Part shown: positions 39,393 to 49,533 of the stretch, one piece after another
How positions within the stretch are numbered: the first letter of the stretch is position 1
Layout of the letters: every line of letters begins with the position of its first letter
From: an uncultured Nitrospiraceae bacterium
GTDB lineage: Bacteria; Nitrospirota; Nitrospiria; Nitrospirales; Nitrospiraceae
Assembly (NCBI GenBank): GCA_963730935.1
Contig: CAVSTP010000004.1
Span: 32,001 to 96,000 of the forward strand
Direction of reading: 5' to 3'
DNA length: 64,000 nt
Translations under genes and position numbers: made by a program
The notes under the pieces: model-generated
What the model saw: only the letters and a program-made list of their open reading frames with translations
What the model was told of the DNA's origin: nothing
Databases searched by the model: none

Positions 39393-40550
39393 ATGATCAA
39401 GCGCGTGATCTTGCTTGTCGTCGACGGCCTCGGCGTCGGAGCGGCAGAGGATGCGTCGAGTTACGGCGATGCCGCGGCGCACACTCTTGCCCATCTCGCC
39501 GAGTCGGCTGGAGGACTCAGTCTGCCGACCTTGGAATCGCTTGGTTTGGGCCATGTGACGGCCATACGAGGCGTGCGATCGATGGCTCAGCCGGTCGGCT
39601 GTTTCGGCCGGTTGGCTTTCAAGAGCAAGGGCGTCGATTCTCTTGTCGGCTTTCGGGAGATTGCCGGGTGTCTCACGGAAGACGAAGGGCGCGCATCCCC
39701 GGAGGGCTATTCGTCGGAGGCCAAGGCCGCGCTCGAAGAGGTATTTGGACTCAAGATCATCGGCGGCCACGTCGCGTCTGCAGCGGAAGCGTTACAGGAG
39801 TCGGGCGCGTCACATCTCTCGGCGCGTGCGCCGGTTGTCTGGACCGACGGGCGTCAGACCTGTCATGTGGCTGCCCATGACGAAGTGTGGCCCGTCGATC
39901 TGCTGTATCAACGGAGTCGGGAAGCACGAAAGGCGTTGAAAGATGCCTGGGGGATACGACGCGTTGTCGCGCATCCCATCGTCGGCACTCCCGGCGCATT
40001 GCAGTTTGGTCCCGGCCGTCGGGATTTTGCCGGAGAACCACCGGCACAGACGATGCTGGATGTCCTGAATCGCGCGAGCCAAATCCTCATCGGCGTCGGC
40101 AAAGTTGGGGATTTGTTCGGTGGAAGAGGATTGACGAGGTCGGCGCTCGTATCACGCTGGACGGACGCGTTGGATGAGATCAGCGGCATGTTCAACAAAG
40201 TTCCGCGGGGACTTATCTTTGCCGGCCTCGATGTGATTGGATCGGATGCAGCCACGTCCGCCATGGCAATTCAGGACTTCGACCGCCGCCTTCCAAATTT
40301 GTTGGATCGATTGCGACCGGGTGATCTGTTCATCATCACGGGCGATCACGGACGTGACCCGGGCAAGGCGCATGCGCTTCCGACCCGGGAATGCGTCCCT
40401 CTGCTCATCACCGGTCCGAAGCTGGCCCAGGGTGTCAACCTGGGTGTGCGGCCCACTGCGGCTGATCTCGGGCAGACAGTGGTCGAAGGCCTCAAGGGTG
40501 AATCCTTGACGATCGGCGACAGTTTTCTCGAGGTGCTCCGGCCGGGATGA
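39393..40550 (+). CDS. deoB: Phosphopentomutase-like protein with degenerate active site
   Basis: RVILLVVDGLGVG, RRDF, GVGKVGDLF, TGDHG.DP; near deoC. Confidence 0.75.
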   Translation: MIKRVILLVVDGLGVGAAEDASSYGDAAAHTLAHLAESAGGLSLPTLESLGLGHVTAIRGVRSMAQPVGCFGRLAFKSKGVDSLVGFREIAGCLTEDEGRASPEGYSSEAKAALEEVFGLKIIGGHVASAAEALQESGASHLSARAPVVWTDGRQTCHVAAHDEVWPVDLLYQRSREARKALKDAWGIRRVVAHPIVGTPGALQFGPGRRDFAGEPPAQTMLDVLNRASQILIGVGKVGDLFGGRGLTRSALVSRWTDALDEISGMFNKVPRGLIFAGLDVIGSDAATSAMAIQDFDRRLPNLLDRLRPGDLFIITGDHGRDPGKAHALPTRECVPLLITGPKLAQGVNLGVRPTAADLGQTVVEGLKGESLTIGDSFLEVLRPG

Positions 40551-40595
40551 CTCCGACATTTGAGATGTAGAATCTGAGATTTGAGATCTGGAAGC

Positions 40596-41054
40596 ATGGG
40601 GTACGAAGATAAATTGAAAGCGCTCGGATTGGAGCTGCCGGAGGCACCGAAGCCGGTGGCCACCTATGTCCCCGCTGTGAAGACAGGCAGTCTGTTGTTC
40701 CTTTCTGGGGTGCTGCCGATGCGGAATGGTCAATTGGCTTTTGTAGGAAAACTCGGCCGTGAAGTGAGCCTGGCGGATGGAGTGGAGGCCGCGAAGGTGG
40801 CGATTCTGAACGCGCTAGCGATCGCCAAGCAGGAACTCGGAAGTCTCGACCGGATCACGCGGGTCGTGAAAGTCGTCGGACACGTGGCTTCGGCCGAAGG
40901 GTTCACCGATCAACCTCAGGTGTTGAACGGCGCCTCCGATCTTCTCGTCGCGATCTTTGGCGAAGTGGGGCGGCATGCACGTGTGGCCACAGGAGCCGCC
41001 GAATTGCCGCGTCGAGCTGCTGTCGAAATCGAAGTGATTCTGGCTGTGTCCTGA
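40596..41054 (+). CDS. RidA/YjgF/UK114 family protein
   Basis: LFLSGVLP, NGASDLL..FG..GRHAR, LP..AAVEIE. Confidence 0.9.
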   Translation: MGYEDKLKALGLELPEAPKPVATYVPAVKTGSLLFLSGVLPMRNGQLAFVGKLGREVSLADGVEAAKVAILNALAIAKQELGSLDRITRVVKVVGHVASAEGFTDQPQVLNGASDLLVAIFGEVGRHARVATGAAELPRRAAVEIEVILAVS

Positions 41055-41102
41055 CCGGCCGCATGAAGGCCCTCCGCCGGTTTGCCATGTCCTTTCATCG
41101 GC

Positions 41103-41132
41103 TTGACACCTGAAAAAACCACTTGTTATAGT
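41103..41132 (+). promoter_or_regulatory. sigma70 promoter (extended -10) for the IPT/TIG gene
   Basis: TTGACA-18 nt-TATAGT preceded by TG. Confidence 0.65.
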
Positions 41133-41264
41133 CCGTCGTCCCTCGCTTCACGCTGCACCCCGGTTGTTCCTTCCCGAACTCGTGCGTGGGGTTCTCGTGC
41201 CACGCAGGGCCTTCTGAGTATGGTTCCAAGACAGGGTCGATTGGTGTTTCAGACCTGTTTTCCT

Positions 41265-42941
41265 ATGAAAACCTGGATCATTGTCTTTGCAACGAGCCTG
41301 ATACTGGCTTGGGCGGGGAGCGGGCCGGCTGGCGCCGCGCAGCCGAAGATCGAATTGCAGCCACAGACCGGAGTCCCGGGGGCCACGGTATCGATTGTCG
41401 GCAAGGGGCTCGGACAATTCAAATCCGCCCAAGTCAATCGTGTGCTCTTTGCTGGAGTTCCGGCGCTCATCCAACGGTGGGATCAAGATGTCGTCGAGGT
41501 GAAAGTCCCCTCGAAGGCTCAGAGCGGCCCGGTCGAAGTGTTGATCGGAAAAAAGAAGGTTCAGGCGGGAACGTTTACCGTCGTCTATCCGAAAATCCTC
41601 TCGATTCACCCTCCGTCGATCGAGCCCGGCCATACGATTGAGATTGTGGGCGAGCACTTCGGCATTACGGCCGGCCCGCGCGATCCCAACACGATGTTCG
41701 GCGTCAACGACGTTGTGGTGGGCAACCTGGTCGTCAGGCCACGCCGATGGAAGGACGATAAGATCGAAGTGGACGTTCCGGCCAATGCAGCCTCGGGAGA
41801 CATCGCTGTCCGTCTTGCCTCCTCTGACCCCCTGCCGGACGGGTCCTGTTGCGCGCCCGTGCAACACACGGTCAGTAACGCCATTTCTTTGAAGCTGATT
41901 CCCACCGTACAGGTCGACCCTGTTCATGGGCCCGTGGGGACCAAGGTCGTGTTGTTCGGTCAAGGTTTCGGTCGAGAGAAGACTCGGGAAGACAGGATTT
42001 TGATCGGCGGGAAAGAGGCTCCTGTGGCCCAGTGGAGCGATCGTGCGATCGTCGTACATGTGCCCCTAGGCGCGGAAAGCGGACCGATGGTGCTAGCTCA
42101 ACGGGGACAAGAGCGAACCGTCGGCGCCTTCACAGTCGAAGTTCCGAAAGCGACCGGTGTGACTCCTGCCAGTGCTCCGATCGGTACGCTCATGAGAATT
42201 CACGGCGAGCACTTTGGCGCATATTCGGAGAGCGGTGCGACCCCGTACAACTATACCGACTTCGATACCGGCCAGAATCGGGTGGAGATCGGTGGAGCTC
42301 CCGCCGTGATCTACCGTTGGAATGACGACCGGATCGACGTCTGGGTGCCCTTCAGTGCCAAGAGCGGTCCCGTGGTGGTGACCCGTGGCGCGCCGAAACC
42401 GGGGGCGGATGGATCCTGCTGCGCAGAGTACGGGACGGTGTCCACCACGGCGGGAGACTTTACGCTGGCCGTGCCGACCATTGAGTCGTTTTCGCCGACC
42501 TCCGCCGGGCTGGATGACATTGTCACCATCAAAGGGTCAGGGTTTGGGTCCTTCATCAAGACCACCGAGGCGACACAGCCGGGTCTCGGCGAGGGAGCCT
42601 TCAAACGCAACCAGATCGAGCTGGGTGAGAATGTTTCGCGTACGGAGGTGTTGTTCAATAATATCGGCGGGATCGTCGTGTCGTGGACGGATACCGAGAT
42701 CAAGGCGCGGGTGCCGCATCGTCATCTCTTCGGCATCGGCAAGCCGGGACAGTTCAGCGCCGACCTTTCGACCGGGCCTCTGGTCATCCGGCGCGGGTCC
42801 TGGGATTTGCTTCCCGATGGCACCTGTTGCACGCCGAAAAAATGGCTGACGCTGGAAGCCGGAACGTTCACCATCGAAGCCAAGGGCATGCCTGATCAAA
42901 GCTTCTTCGAGTCTAGGCCGGAAGGCAGCACCAACGACTAG
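41265..42941 (+). CDS. Secreted multi-IPT/TIG (Ig-like) repeat protein
   Basis: Signal peptide; five repeats of P..G..G..V.I.G..FG ... W.D..I.V.VP. Confidence 0.85.
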   Translation: MKTWIIVFATSLILAWAGSGPAGAAQPKIELQPQTGVPGATVSIVGKGLGQFKSAQVNRVLFAGVPALIQRWDQDVVEVKVPSKAQSGPVEVLIGKKKVQAGTFTVVYPKILSIHPPSIEPGHTIEIVGEHFGITAGPRDPNTMFGVNDVVVGNLVVRPRRWKDDKIEVDVPANAASGDIAVRLASSDPLPDGSCCAPVQHTVSNAISLKLIPTVQVDPVHGPVGTKVVLFGQGFGREKTREDRILIGGKEAPVAQWSDRAIVVHVPLGAESGPMVLAQRGQERTVGAFTVEVPKATGVTPASAPIGTLMRIHGEHFGAYSESGATPYNYTDFDTGQNRVEIGGAPAVIYRWNDDRIDVWVPFSAKSGPVVVTRGAPKPGADGSCCAEYGTVSTTAGDFTLAVPTIESFSPTSAGLDDIVTIKGSGFGSFIKTTEATQPGLGEGAFKRNQIELGENVSRTEVLFNNIGGIVVSWTDTEIKARVPHRHLFGIGKPGQFSADLSTGPLVIRRGSWDLLPDGTCCTPKKWLTLEAGTFTIEAKGMPDQSFFESRPEGSTND

Positions 42942-42944
42942 CGC

Positions 42945-43042
42945 CAGGATGGTGAAAAATCCTCTTTGTCACCCACCCACCCCTGCGCGCCGAGACGCGC
43001 TCTTCACCAAGCTTGTTCTCGCATCGCTTAGAGGCTCAACGT
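42945..43042 (+). repeat. Partial/composite copy of the palindromic repeat family
   Basis: CAGGATGGTGAAAAA arm and TTGTTCTCGCATCGCTTAGAGGCTCAACGT core; inner segment matches 26248-26270 in reverse. Confidence 0.8.
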
Positions 43043-43995
43043 TGACGTGGTTTTTCCTCACTTTCTTTTTGAGCCTATCCATCGTTCCATCCATACACGC
43101 GGCTGAACCACAGCTGAAAGCCGCTCCCCAAAAAACCGGGACCGAGGTCACGCTCATGAGCGTGTATTTCCGGGATGCCAATCACGGGTGGGCGGTGGGC
43201 TCGGGCGGGACGGTTCTCAAGACGATAGACGGCGGGCAGAAGTGGAAAAAACAGACCAGCGGCACGCCGATGCAGCTGACGGGCGTGTTCTTTGTTGACG
43301 ACAAGCAAGGGTGGATCATCGGCGTCAATGGCACGATCCGTCATTCCGCAGACGGCGGTGCGACATGGAGACCGCAGCCCATTGACACCCAGGCGCCCAT
43401 GTATGGCTTATCGTTCATTTCGCCGCAAGATGGATGGGTCGTGGGCGGCAACGGCACGATCCTCCACACGAGCGACGGAGGCGCTCATTGGACGGATCAA
43501 TCCAGTTCTACGACGGCGGCCCTCTATGCCGTGCAGTTTCTGACGGCGCGTCGAGGGACGGCCGTCGGGGCGGTGGGAACGGTGCTCGCAACTGAGGATG
43601 GTGGCGCGACCTGGGTGGCCCAGGAAACCCAAGGCTCGGTCACGCTCTTCGACGTGTATTTTTCGGATCCGTCGACGGGTTGGGTGGTCGGCAATGCAGG
43701 CGCGATGTTTCAGACCACCGATGGGGGCGGTCGCTGGATCGACCGCACGTTACCCTGCTCACGGACCTGCACGAGGCTCACGGATCTGCTTCGGATCCGA
43801 TTCACCGATCCCAAAACCGGATGGATCGTGGGAGAGCGCGGCATGGCGTACCATACTGCGGACAGTGGATTTACTTGGGAAGAACAGGGCGCCGTAGCGA
43901 ATGTGTCGTTGTTCGGTCTGTCCTTTCCCAATACCTTGCACGGCTGGGCCAGCGGTGAAAAAGGCACCATCGTGCATCTCAAAATCGCGAAATAA
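42949..43995 (+). CDS. YCF48-like / BNR-repeat beta-propeller protein; start uncertain
   Basis: Seven repeats of V.F.D...GW.VG..G, six followed by T.DGG..W Asp-boxes; hydrophobic signal before AEPQ. Confidence 0.88.
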   Translation: MVKNPLCHPPTPARRDALFTKLVLASLRGSTLTWFFLTFFLSLSIVPSIHAAEPQLKAAPQKTGTEVTLMSVYFRDANHGWAVGSGGTVLKTIDGGQKWKKQTSGTPMQLTGVFFVDDKQGWIIGVNGTIRHSADGGATWRPQPIDTQAPMYGLSFISPQDGWVVGGNGTILHTSDGGAHWTDQSSSTTAALYAVQFLTARRGTAVGAVGTVLATEDGGATWVAQETQGSVTLFDVYFSDPSTGWVVGNAGAMFQTTDGGGRWIDRTLPCSRTCTRLTDLLRIRFTDPKTGWIVGERGMAYHTADSGFTWEEQGAVANVSLFGLSFPNTLHGWASGEKGTIVHLKIAK

Positions 43996-44002
43996 CGCGT
44001 CG

Positions 44003-44746
44003 CTATCCCAGCTCGCCCAACCGGGATTGCAGGACAGTGATTGCGGCAATGGCGGCGGTTTCGGCTCGCAGGATTCGGGGTCCCAGGGTGACGCCGACAA
44101 CGCCCTGTTCAAGCATCTGACGGAATTCCTGTTCCTCCCAGCCTCCCTCCGGACCAATCAGCAACCACACATCGCCGTTGTTGTGCAATGGCAAGCTGCT
44201 CAGTGAAGCGCCGTCTGACCGCTCGGCCAAGAGAATTTTTAAGGCCGCCGTCTTCGACGTCGACAGCACTTGGGAGACTGTTACTGGTTCGTCGATGACC
44301 GGCACCGACCAGCGTTCCGATTGCTGGGCTGCTTCGAGCGCGATGCGCTGCCATCGCACAAGTTGATGCTCGATTCGGTCGGCTCGAGGTCTGACCACGC
44401 TATGGGTGGCCAAAACCGGCGCGATCCGATCAACCCCTAATTCTGTGGCTTTTTGAATGACCCAGTCCATCTTCTCACCTTTGAGCAGGGACTGGGCCAG
44501 CACGATCGATGGGTTGGTTTTGGGAGGAGCGAAGGTGGTATCGAGGATGCGGCCGATCAGGGTCCCGCTCGAGATTTCGGTAATCTCCGCACGATACCGC
44601 GTGCCGCGCTCATCCGTGACCAAGAGCAGCTCCCCGGGTTGCAGGCGAAGGCTCGCACGGAGATGTTGGAGCAGGGGGCCGGTGATACGAACAGTCGGCG
44701 GAACGATGGCTTCGGAAGCCACAAAGAAGGTAGGCATGGAAGACAA
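44003..44746 (-). CDS. rsmE: 16S rRNA m3U1498 methyltransferase
   Basis: QKATELGV, EAAQQSER, IGPEGG, LGPRILRAETA. Confidence 0.95.
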   Translation of the reverse strand: MSSMPTFFVASEAIVPPTVRITGPLLQHLRASLRLQPGELLLVTDERGTRYRAEITEISSGTLIGRILDTTFAPPKTNPSIVLAQSLLKGEKMDWVIQKATELGVDRIAPVLATHSVVRPRADRIEHQLVRWQRIALEAAQQSERWSVPVIDEPVTVSQVLSTSKTAALKILLAERSDGASLSSLPLHNNGDVWLLIGPEGGWEEQEFRQMLEQGVVGVTLGPRILRAETAAIAAITVLQSRLGELG

Positions 44747-44770
44747 ACCCCGATCCGGCAGGCTGCGGCG

Positions 44771-45895
44771 TTATTCGAAAAAGGTCTTCATCTTGTCGAA
44801 AAAGCCGTCGCCGTCGGCTTCCATCGACATGCCGCTTTCCTTGGCGAATTCCATTAGCAACTCGCGCTGCTTGGCGGTCAGCTTGGTGGGAATATGCACC
44901 TTGATCGTGAACAATTGATCGCCCGTCGTGTGATGTTTGAGGCTCGGGATGCCCAGCCCCTTCAGACGCAGCACTTTGTCGGGTTGCGTGCCGGGCGGTA
45001 CTTTCATCACGGTCGAGCCCTTCAGGGTCGGCACTTCAATCTTCCCACCGAGCACCGCCGTGACGAAACTGATCGGTACGTCGCAGCTAATATCATTCCC
45101 TTTGCGCTGGAACACGGGATGTGGCTTGACCGCAATGGCGACGTAGAGGTCGCCGGCGGGCCCGCCATTGACGCCGTGCTCGCCCTCGCTGGAGAGGCGC
45201 AGACGCATGCCGGTTTCGATGCCGGCCGGAATGTGGACGGCGATCGTGCGCTCCCGATAGACGCGTTGACGGCCCTGACAGGTTGGGCAGGGCTCCGTGA
45301 TGATGCGACCGGATCCCTCACACTGGCCGCAGGGTCTGCTGACGCTGAAGAAGCCCTGTTGCAGCCTGATCTGCCCGGCGCCCTTGCAGCTCGGACAGGT
45401 CTTGACGGCTGTGGCTGACTTGGCCCCAGTGCCTTTGCAGTCCGTACAGGATTCCCAACGCGGAATCTTGAGTTTGGCTTCTTTTCCGTATACCGCCTCT
45501 TCGAACGTGATTTCGAGGTTGTACTGCAGGTCGTTCCCGCGCTCAGTGCGCGTGCCGCCGCGCTGGCCCCCGAAGAAGTCTTCGAAGATGTCGTTAAAGA
45601 CATCGCCGAAGCCGCCGCGCCCGAAGTCGAAGCCCTCAAACCCTGCGCCGCCCTGCGCCCCGGCATGGCCGAACATGTCGTAGCGTTTCCGCTTTTCCGA
45701 GTCGCTGAGATGCTCGTAGGCTTCGTTGATTTCCTTGAACTTCTCTTCGGCCTGCTTCTTCTGTTGGTCGCCGGGCTGCAGATCGGGATGAAATTGACGG
45801 GCGAGCTTGCGGTAGGCTTTCTTCAGGTCCTCGTCGGACGCCGTCCGGTCGACGCCCAACGTTTCGTAAAAGTCTCGTTTCGACACAGAAGCCAT
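44771..45895 (-). CDS. dnaJ: Chaperone DnaJ
   Basis: HPD J-domain, G/F region, four CxxCxGxG-type repeats. Confidence 0.98.
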   Translation of the reverse strand: MASVSKRDFYETLGVDRTASDEDLKKAYRKLARQFHPDLQPGDQQKKQAEEKFKEINEAYEHLSDSEKRKRYDMFGHAGAQGGAGFEGFDFGRGGFGDVFNDIFEDFFGGQRGGTRTERGNDLQYNLEITFEEAVYGKEAKLKIPRWESCTDCKGTGAKSATAVKTCPSCKGAGQIRLQQGFFSVSRPCGQCEGSGRIITEPCPTCQGRQRVYRERTIAVHIPAGIETGMRLRLSSEGEHGVNGGPAGDLYVAIAVKPHPVFQRKGNDISCDVPISFVTAVLGGKIEVPTLKGSTVMKVPPGTQPDKVLRLKGLGIPSLKHHTTGDQLFTIKVHIPTKLTAKQRELLMEFAKESGMSMEADGDGFFDKMKTFFE

Positions 45896-45972
45896 TGTCC
45901 CCTAAGAGTAGTTCGAAGAAAGACCGAGTCCCGTGCCGGCGAAACTCGGTCCCTCAGCAGCCGTATTCTATC

Positions 45973-47895
45973 TTACTTTTTATCTTTGTCCACTTCTTCG
46001 AACTCGGCGTCGACGACTTTTTCATCCGTCTTGGCGCCATTCGGACTCTCTTCTCCGGCAGCAGTTCCTGCACCGGTGGCCGATGTGGCCGAGGCTTTCT
46101 TGTACATCTCCTCGGCAAGCTTGTGCGATGCGGTCGTCAAGGATTGAGTGGCGGACTCGATCGCATCGGGGTCATTGCCTTCCATCGCCTTTTTCAGGGC
46201 GGTGACGGCTTCCTCGATCTTGGTCCTGTCCTCGGCCGAAATCTTGTCGCCATGCTCCTTGAGGTTCTTCTCCGTCTGATAGAGCAGCGTGTCGGCCTGG
46301 TTCTTCGCTTCTGCCGCCTTTCTCCGCTTCTTGTCCTCTTCCGTATGGGTTTGGGCATCCCGGACGAGTTTTTCCACTTCGTCCTTACTGAGACCGCTGG
46401 AGGCCGTGATCTTGATGGATTGTTCCTTCTGCGTCGCCAAGTCCTTGGCCGACACGTGCACGATGCCGTTGGCATCGATATCGAACGTGACTTCGACTTG
46501 CGGCATGCCGCGCGGCGCCGGGGGAATGCCGACGAGATCGAACTGGCCGAGCAATTTGTTGTCGTTGGCCATCTCGCGCTCACCTTGGAACACGCGGATG
46601 GTCACGGCGGTTTGATTATCGGCCGCCGTCGAGAAGACTTGACTCTTTTTGGTCGGGACGGTCGTGTTGCGCTCGATCAGCTTGGTGAAGACGCCGCCCA
46701 GCGTCTCGATGCCGAGGGACAACGGTGTGACGTCCAGCAGCAGCACGTCCTTGACGTCGCCCTTGAGCACGCCGCCTTGGATCGCGGCGCCGATGGCCAC
46801 CACCTCATCGGGGTTCACGCCCCGGTGTGGTTCCTTGCTGAAGAAGTCTTTCACGACTTGGATGACCTTGGGCATGCGGGTCATTCCGCCGACCAGCACG
46901 ACTTCATTGATGTCCCGGGCCGAGACGCCGGCATCGCCCAGCGCCTTGCGGCAGGGTTCAACGGTCCGCTGGATCAGGTCGTCGACCAGCTGTTCCAGCC
47001 GGGAACGGGTCAACTTGATGACCATGTGCTTGGGGCCGCTCGCATCCGCCGTAATGAACGGCAGATTGATCTCTGTCTCCTGCGCGGAGGACAATTCGAT
47101 CTTGGCGCGTTCGGCCGATTCTTTCAGCCGCTGAAGCGCCATGCGATCCTTGCGCAGATCAATACCCTGATCCTTCCTGAATTCATCGACGAGCCAATCC
47201 ATCACTCGGAGGTCGAAATCGTCGCCGCCCAGGTACGTGTCTCCATTGGTGGATTTGACTTCGAAGACCCCTTCACCGATTTCCAGCACGGAGACGTCGA
47301 AGGTGCCGCCGCCAAGGTCATAGACCGAGATCCGCTCGTCCTTTTTCTTGTCGAGCCCGTACGCCAGCGAGGCCGCCGTCGGCTCATTGATGATGCGCAG
47401 GACGTTCAATCCAGCGATCTGGCCGGCGTCCTTCGTCGCTTGCCGCTGGCTGTCGTCGAAATAGGCGGGGACGGTGATGACGGCTTCCGTCACCTTCTCG
47501 CCGAGGTAATCCTCTGCAGTTTGCCGCATTTTCTGGAGGATCATCGCGGAGATTTCAGGGGGACTATAGCGCTTGCCGCGCAACTCCACATGGGCGTCGC
47601 CGTTGTCGGCTTCAACCACCTTGTACGGCAGCCGCTTTAGCGCCTCCTGCACTTCCTTGCTGCGGAATTTCCGGCCCATGAGACGTTTTACGGAGTAGAT
47701 GGTGTTCTCCGGATTCGTAATGGCTTGGCGTTTCGCGATCTGGCCGACGAGCCGCTCACCCTTGTCGGTGATCGCGACGACCGATGGAGTCGTGCGGGCG
47801 CCTTCCGCATTGGCAATCACAACGGGATCGCCGCCGCTCATGACGGCGACGCAGGAATTGGTCGTGCCTAAATCGATGCCGATCACTTTACCCAT
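45973..47895 (-). CDS. dnaK: Chaperone DnaK
   Basis: [32 protein letters not shown]. Confidence 0.99.
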   Translation of the reverse strand: MGKVIGIDLGTTNSCVAVMSGGDPVVIANAEGARTTPSVVAITDKGERLVGQIAKRQAITNPENTIYSVKRLMGRKFRSKEVQEALKRLPYKVVEADNGDAHVELRGKRYSPPEISAMILQKMRQTAEDYLGEKVTEAVITVPAYFDDSQRQATKDAGQIAGLNVLRIINEPTAASLAYGLDKKKDERISVYDLGGGTFDVSVLEIGEGVFEVKSTNGDTYLGGDDFDLRVMDWLVDEFRKDQGIDLRKDRMALQRLKESAERAKIELSSAQETEINLPFITADASGPKHMVIKLTRSRLEQLVDDLIQRTVEPCRKALGDAGVSARDINEVVLVGGMTRMPKVIQVVKDFFSKEPHRGVNPDEVVAIGAAIQGGVLKGDVKDVLLLDVTPLSLGIETLGGVFTKLIERNTTVPTKKSQVFSTAADNQTAVTIRVFQGEREMANDNKLLGQFDLVGIPPAPRGMPQVEVTFDIDANGIVHVSAKDLATQKEQSIKITASSGLSKDEVEKLVRDAQTHTEEDKKRRKAAEAKNQADTLLYQTEKNLKEHGDKISAEDRTKIEEAVTALKKAMEGNDPDAIESATQSLTTASHKLAEEMYKKASATSATGAGTAAGEESPNGAKTDEKVVDAEFEEVDKDKK

Positions 47896-47914
47896 GATGT
47901 GCTCCTTCCTCCTC

Positions 47915-48042
47915 TTCAGGCTGTTGAAAAAGTCCGCCAGCTTTGTTCTCGCATCGCTTAGAGGCTCGACGTACGGATCAAAGTACGCTTCGCCTCTGCG
48001 CTCGCTGCGGCCGCGCTGGACGGCCCTTTTGAACAGCCTGAA
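47915..48042 (+). repeat. ~125-bp palindromic repeat, copy 3, between grpE and dnaK
   Basis: Arms TTCAGGCTGTTGAAAA / TTTTGAACAGCCTGAA and shared core. Confidence 0.92.
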
Positions 48043-48053
48043 ATTCTCCTTGT

Positions 48054-48608
48054 TCAGTTTGTATCATCTACGTCATTCGATTCAGATCCTGTGCCGGATG
48101 ACACCGTCACCATGGCAGGTCTGAGGATCCGGTCGTGCAGCCGGTAGCCTCGCTGAAACTCCTCCACCACATGCTGGTCCGGCACCTTAGCCGAGGGCAC
48201 CGAGGCGACGGCCTGATGGCCGGAGGGATCAAATGGCTGGCCCATCGTCGGGATGGACTGGACGCCGAACTTGCCGAGAACCCCCTGCAACTGCTTCATG
48301 GTGAGATCAACGCCCTTGACCAGTCCCTCGTATGACGTATTGTCCTTTGCGGCCTTGATCGCCCGTTCCAAATTGTCGACGACCGGCAGCAGTTCCTTCA
48401 GGAGCTGCTCATTTCCGAACCGGATCTGGTCCCGCTGATCTCGCTGGGCAAGCCGCTTGTAGTTGTCGAACTCGGCCGCCAGCCGGAGATATTTGTCGTT
48501 GAGCGACTTCAGCTCCTCATCCTTGGCCGTCGAGACCTCGGAGGGAGCGGAAGAAGAGTCACCGTCTAAGTCGTCGAATGTATTGGGATTTAGTTCTTGG
48601 TCCGCCAC
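48054..48608 (-). CDS. grpE: Nucleotide exchange factor GrpE
   Basis: [41 protein letters not shown]. Confidence 0.97.
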   Translation of the reverse strand: MADQELNPNTFDDLDGDSSSAPSEVSTAKDEELKSLNDKYLRLAAEFDNYKRLAQRDQRDQIRFGNEQLLKELLPVVDNLERAIKAAKDNTSYEGLVKGVDLTMKQLQGVLGKFGVQSIPTMGQPFDPSGHQAVASVPSAKVPDQHVVEEFQRGYRLHDRILRPAMVTVSSGTGSESNDVDDTN

Positions 48609-48696
48609 GATTTATCCTGTTACCTTCGCCAGATAGACACCCGAGGCTATAAGTCAACAGGAGGCCGCAAAATTAATTACTTATACGGGAGAGGGG

Positions 48697-49488
48697 CTAG
48701 ACCCACGTGAGGACAGGCGAGCCGCCGGTTGCCCGACGATAGAGTAGTGCGAGACCTTCCAGGGTCAGCAGCGGTTCAACGGTCTGAATGGAGGCAGTTT
48801 CTTTTGCGATGATGCTGCTCAAGCCGCCGGTGGCGATCACGTAGGTGGAGCGTCCGAGTTCCTGTTCGATCCGTCTCACCAGCGTGTCGACAAGGCCGGC
48901 ATAGCCGAAGAGGAGGCCGGACTGAATGCTGCTTCCCGTGTCGGTCCCGATCACGGTCTTGGGTCTGGTCAGCTCAACCTTGGAAAGCTTCGCCGCGCGG
49001 GCGAAGAGCGCTTCGGCTGAAATCCCCAGGCCCGGAGCGATGACCCCTCCCAGATACTCCGCCTCCTTGGTGACGGCGCAGAAGGTTGTGGCGGTGCCGA
49101 AGTCCACGATAATCAGGTCACGCCGGTATTTGTGATAGGCCGCCGCGGCATTGACGAGCCGATCGCTGCCGATTTCCTTGGGATTGGGATAGCGAATGGT
49201 CAGGCCCGTATCGGATTCCGATGTCACGATTAACGGCCGCTGGCGGAAGTATTGCTCGATCAGCGTCTCGAACGTAGCGGTGAGCGACGGAACCACGCAG
49301 GACATGATGGCGCCTGACGTCTGAGCCGGAACGAGGCCCGCGGAGGTCAACAGATTTGTGAAGAGGATTCCATACTCGTCGGCAGTGGTCTTGGCATCGG
49401 TGGCGAGACGCCAATGCGCTTTCAGCACCTGACCATCGTAGATGCCCAACACGACGTTGGTGTTTCCGATATCAACGACCAGCAGCAT
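48697..49488 (-). CDS. coaX: Type III pantothenate kinase
   Basis: VDIGNTN, IGSDR, VDFGTATT, GGVIAPG, ATGG. Confidence 0.96.
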   Translation of the reverse strand: MLLVVDIGNTNVVLGIYDGQVLKAHWRLATDAKTTADEYGILFTNLLTSAGLVPAQTSGAIMSCVVPSLTATFETLIEQYFRQRPLIVTSESDTGLTIRYPNPKEIGSDRLVNAAAAYHKYRRDLIIVDFGTATTFCAVTKEAEYLGGVIAPGLGISAEALFARAAKLSKVELTRPKTVIGTDTGSSIQSGLLFGYAGLVDTLVRRIEQELGRSTYVIATGGLSSIIAKETASIQTVEPLLTLEGLALLYRRATGGSPVLTWV

Positions 49489-49533
49489 GGGCAATATTCT
49501 ACGGGGTCGGTGTGGATTTCGCCACCGAAAGCT

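Noticed and set aside
45895..47640. 581-aa plus-strand ORF
   Set aside because: Antisense shadow of dnaK; long antisense ORFs are common opposite GC-rich dnaK genes
47699..48124. ORFs containing [11 protein letters not shown] here, and repeat-derived ORF 23788..24024
   Set aside because: Translations of the palindromic repeat that overlap real genes on the opposite strand
48608..48697. CIRCE heat-shock operator upstream of grpE
   Set aside because: No TTAGCACTC-N9-GAGTGCTAA match
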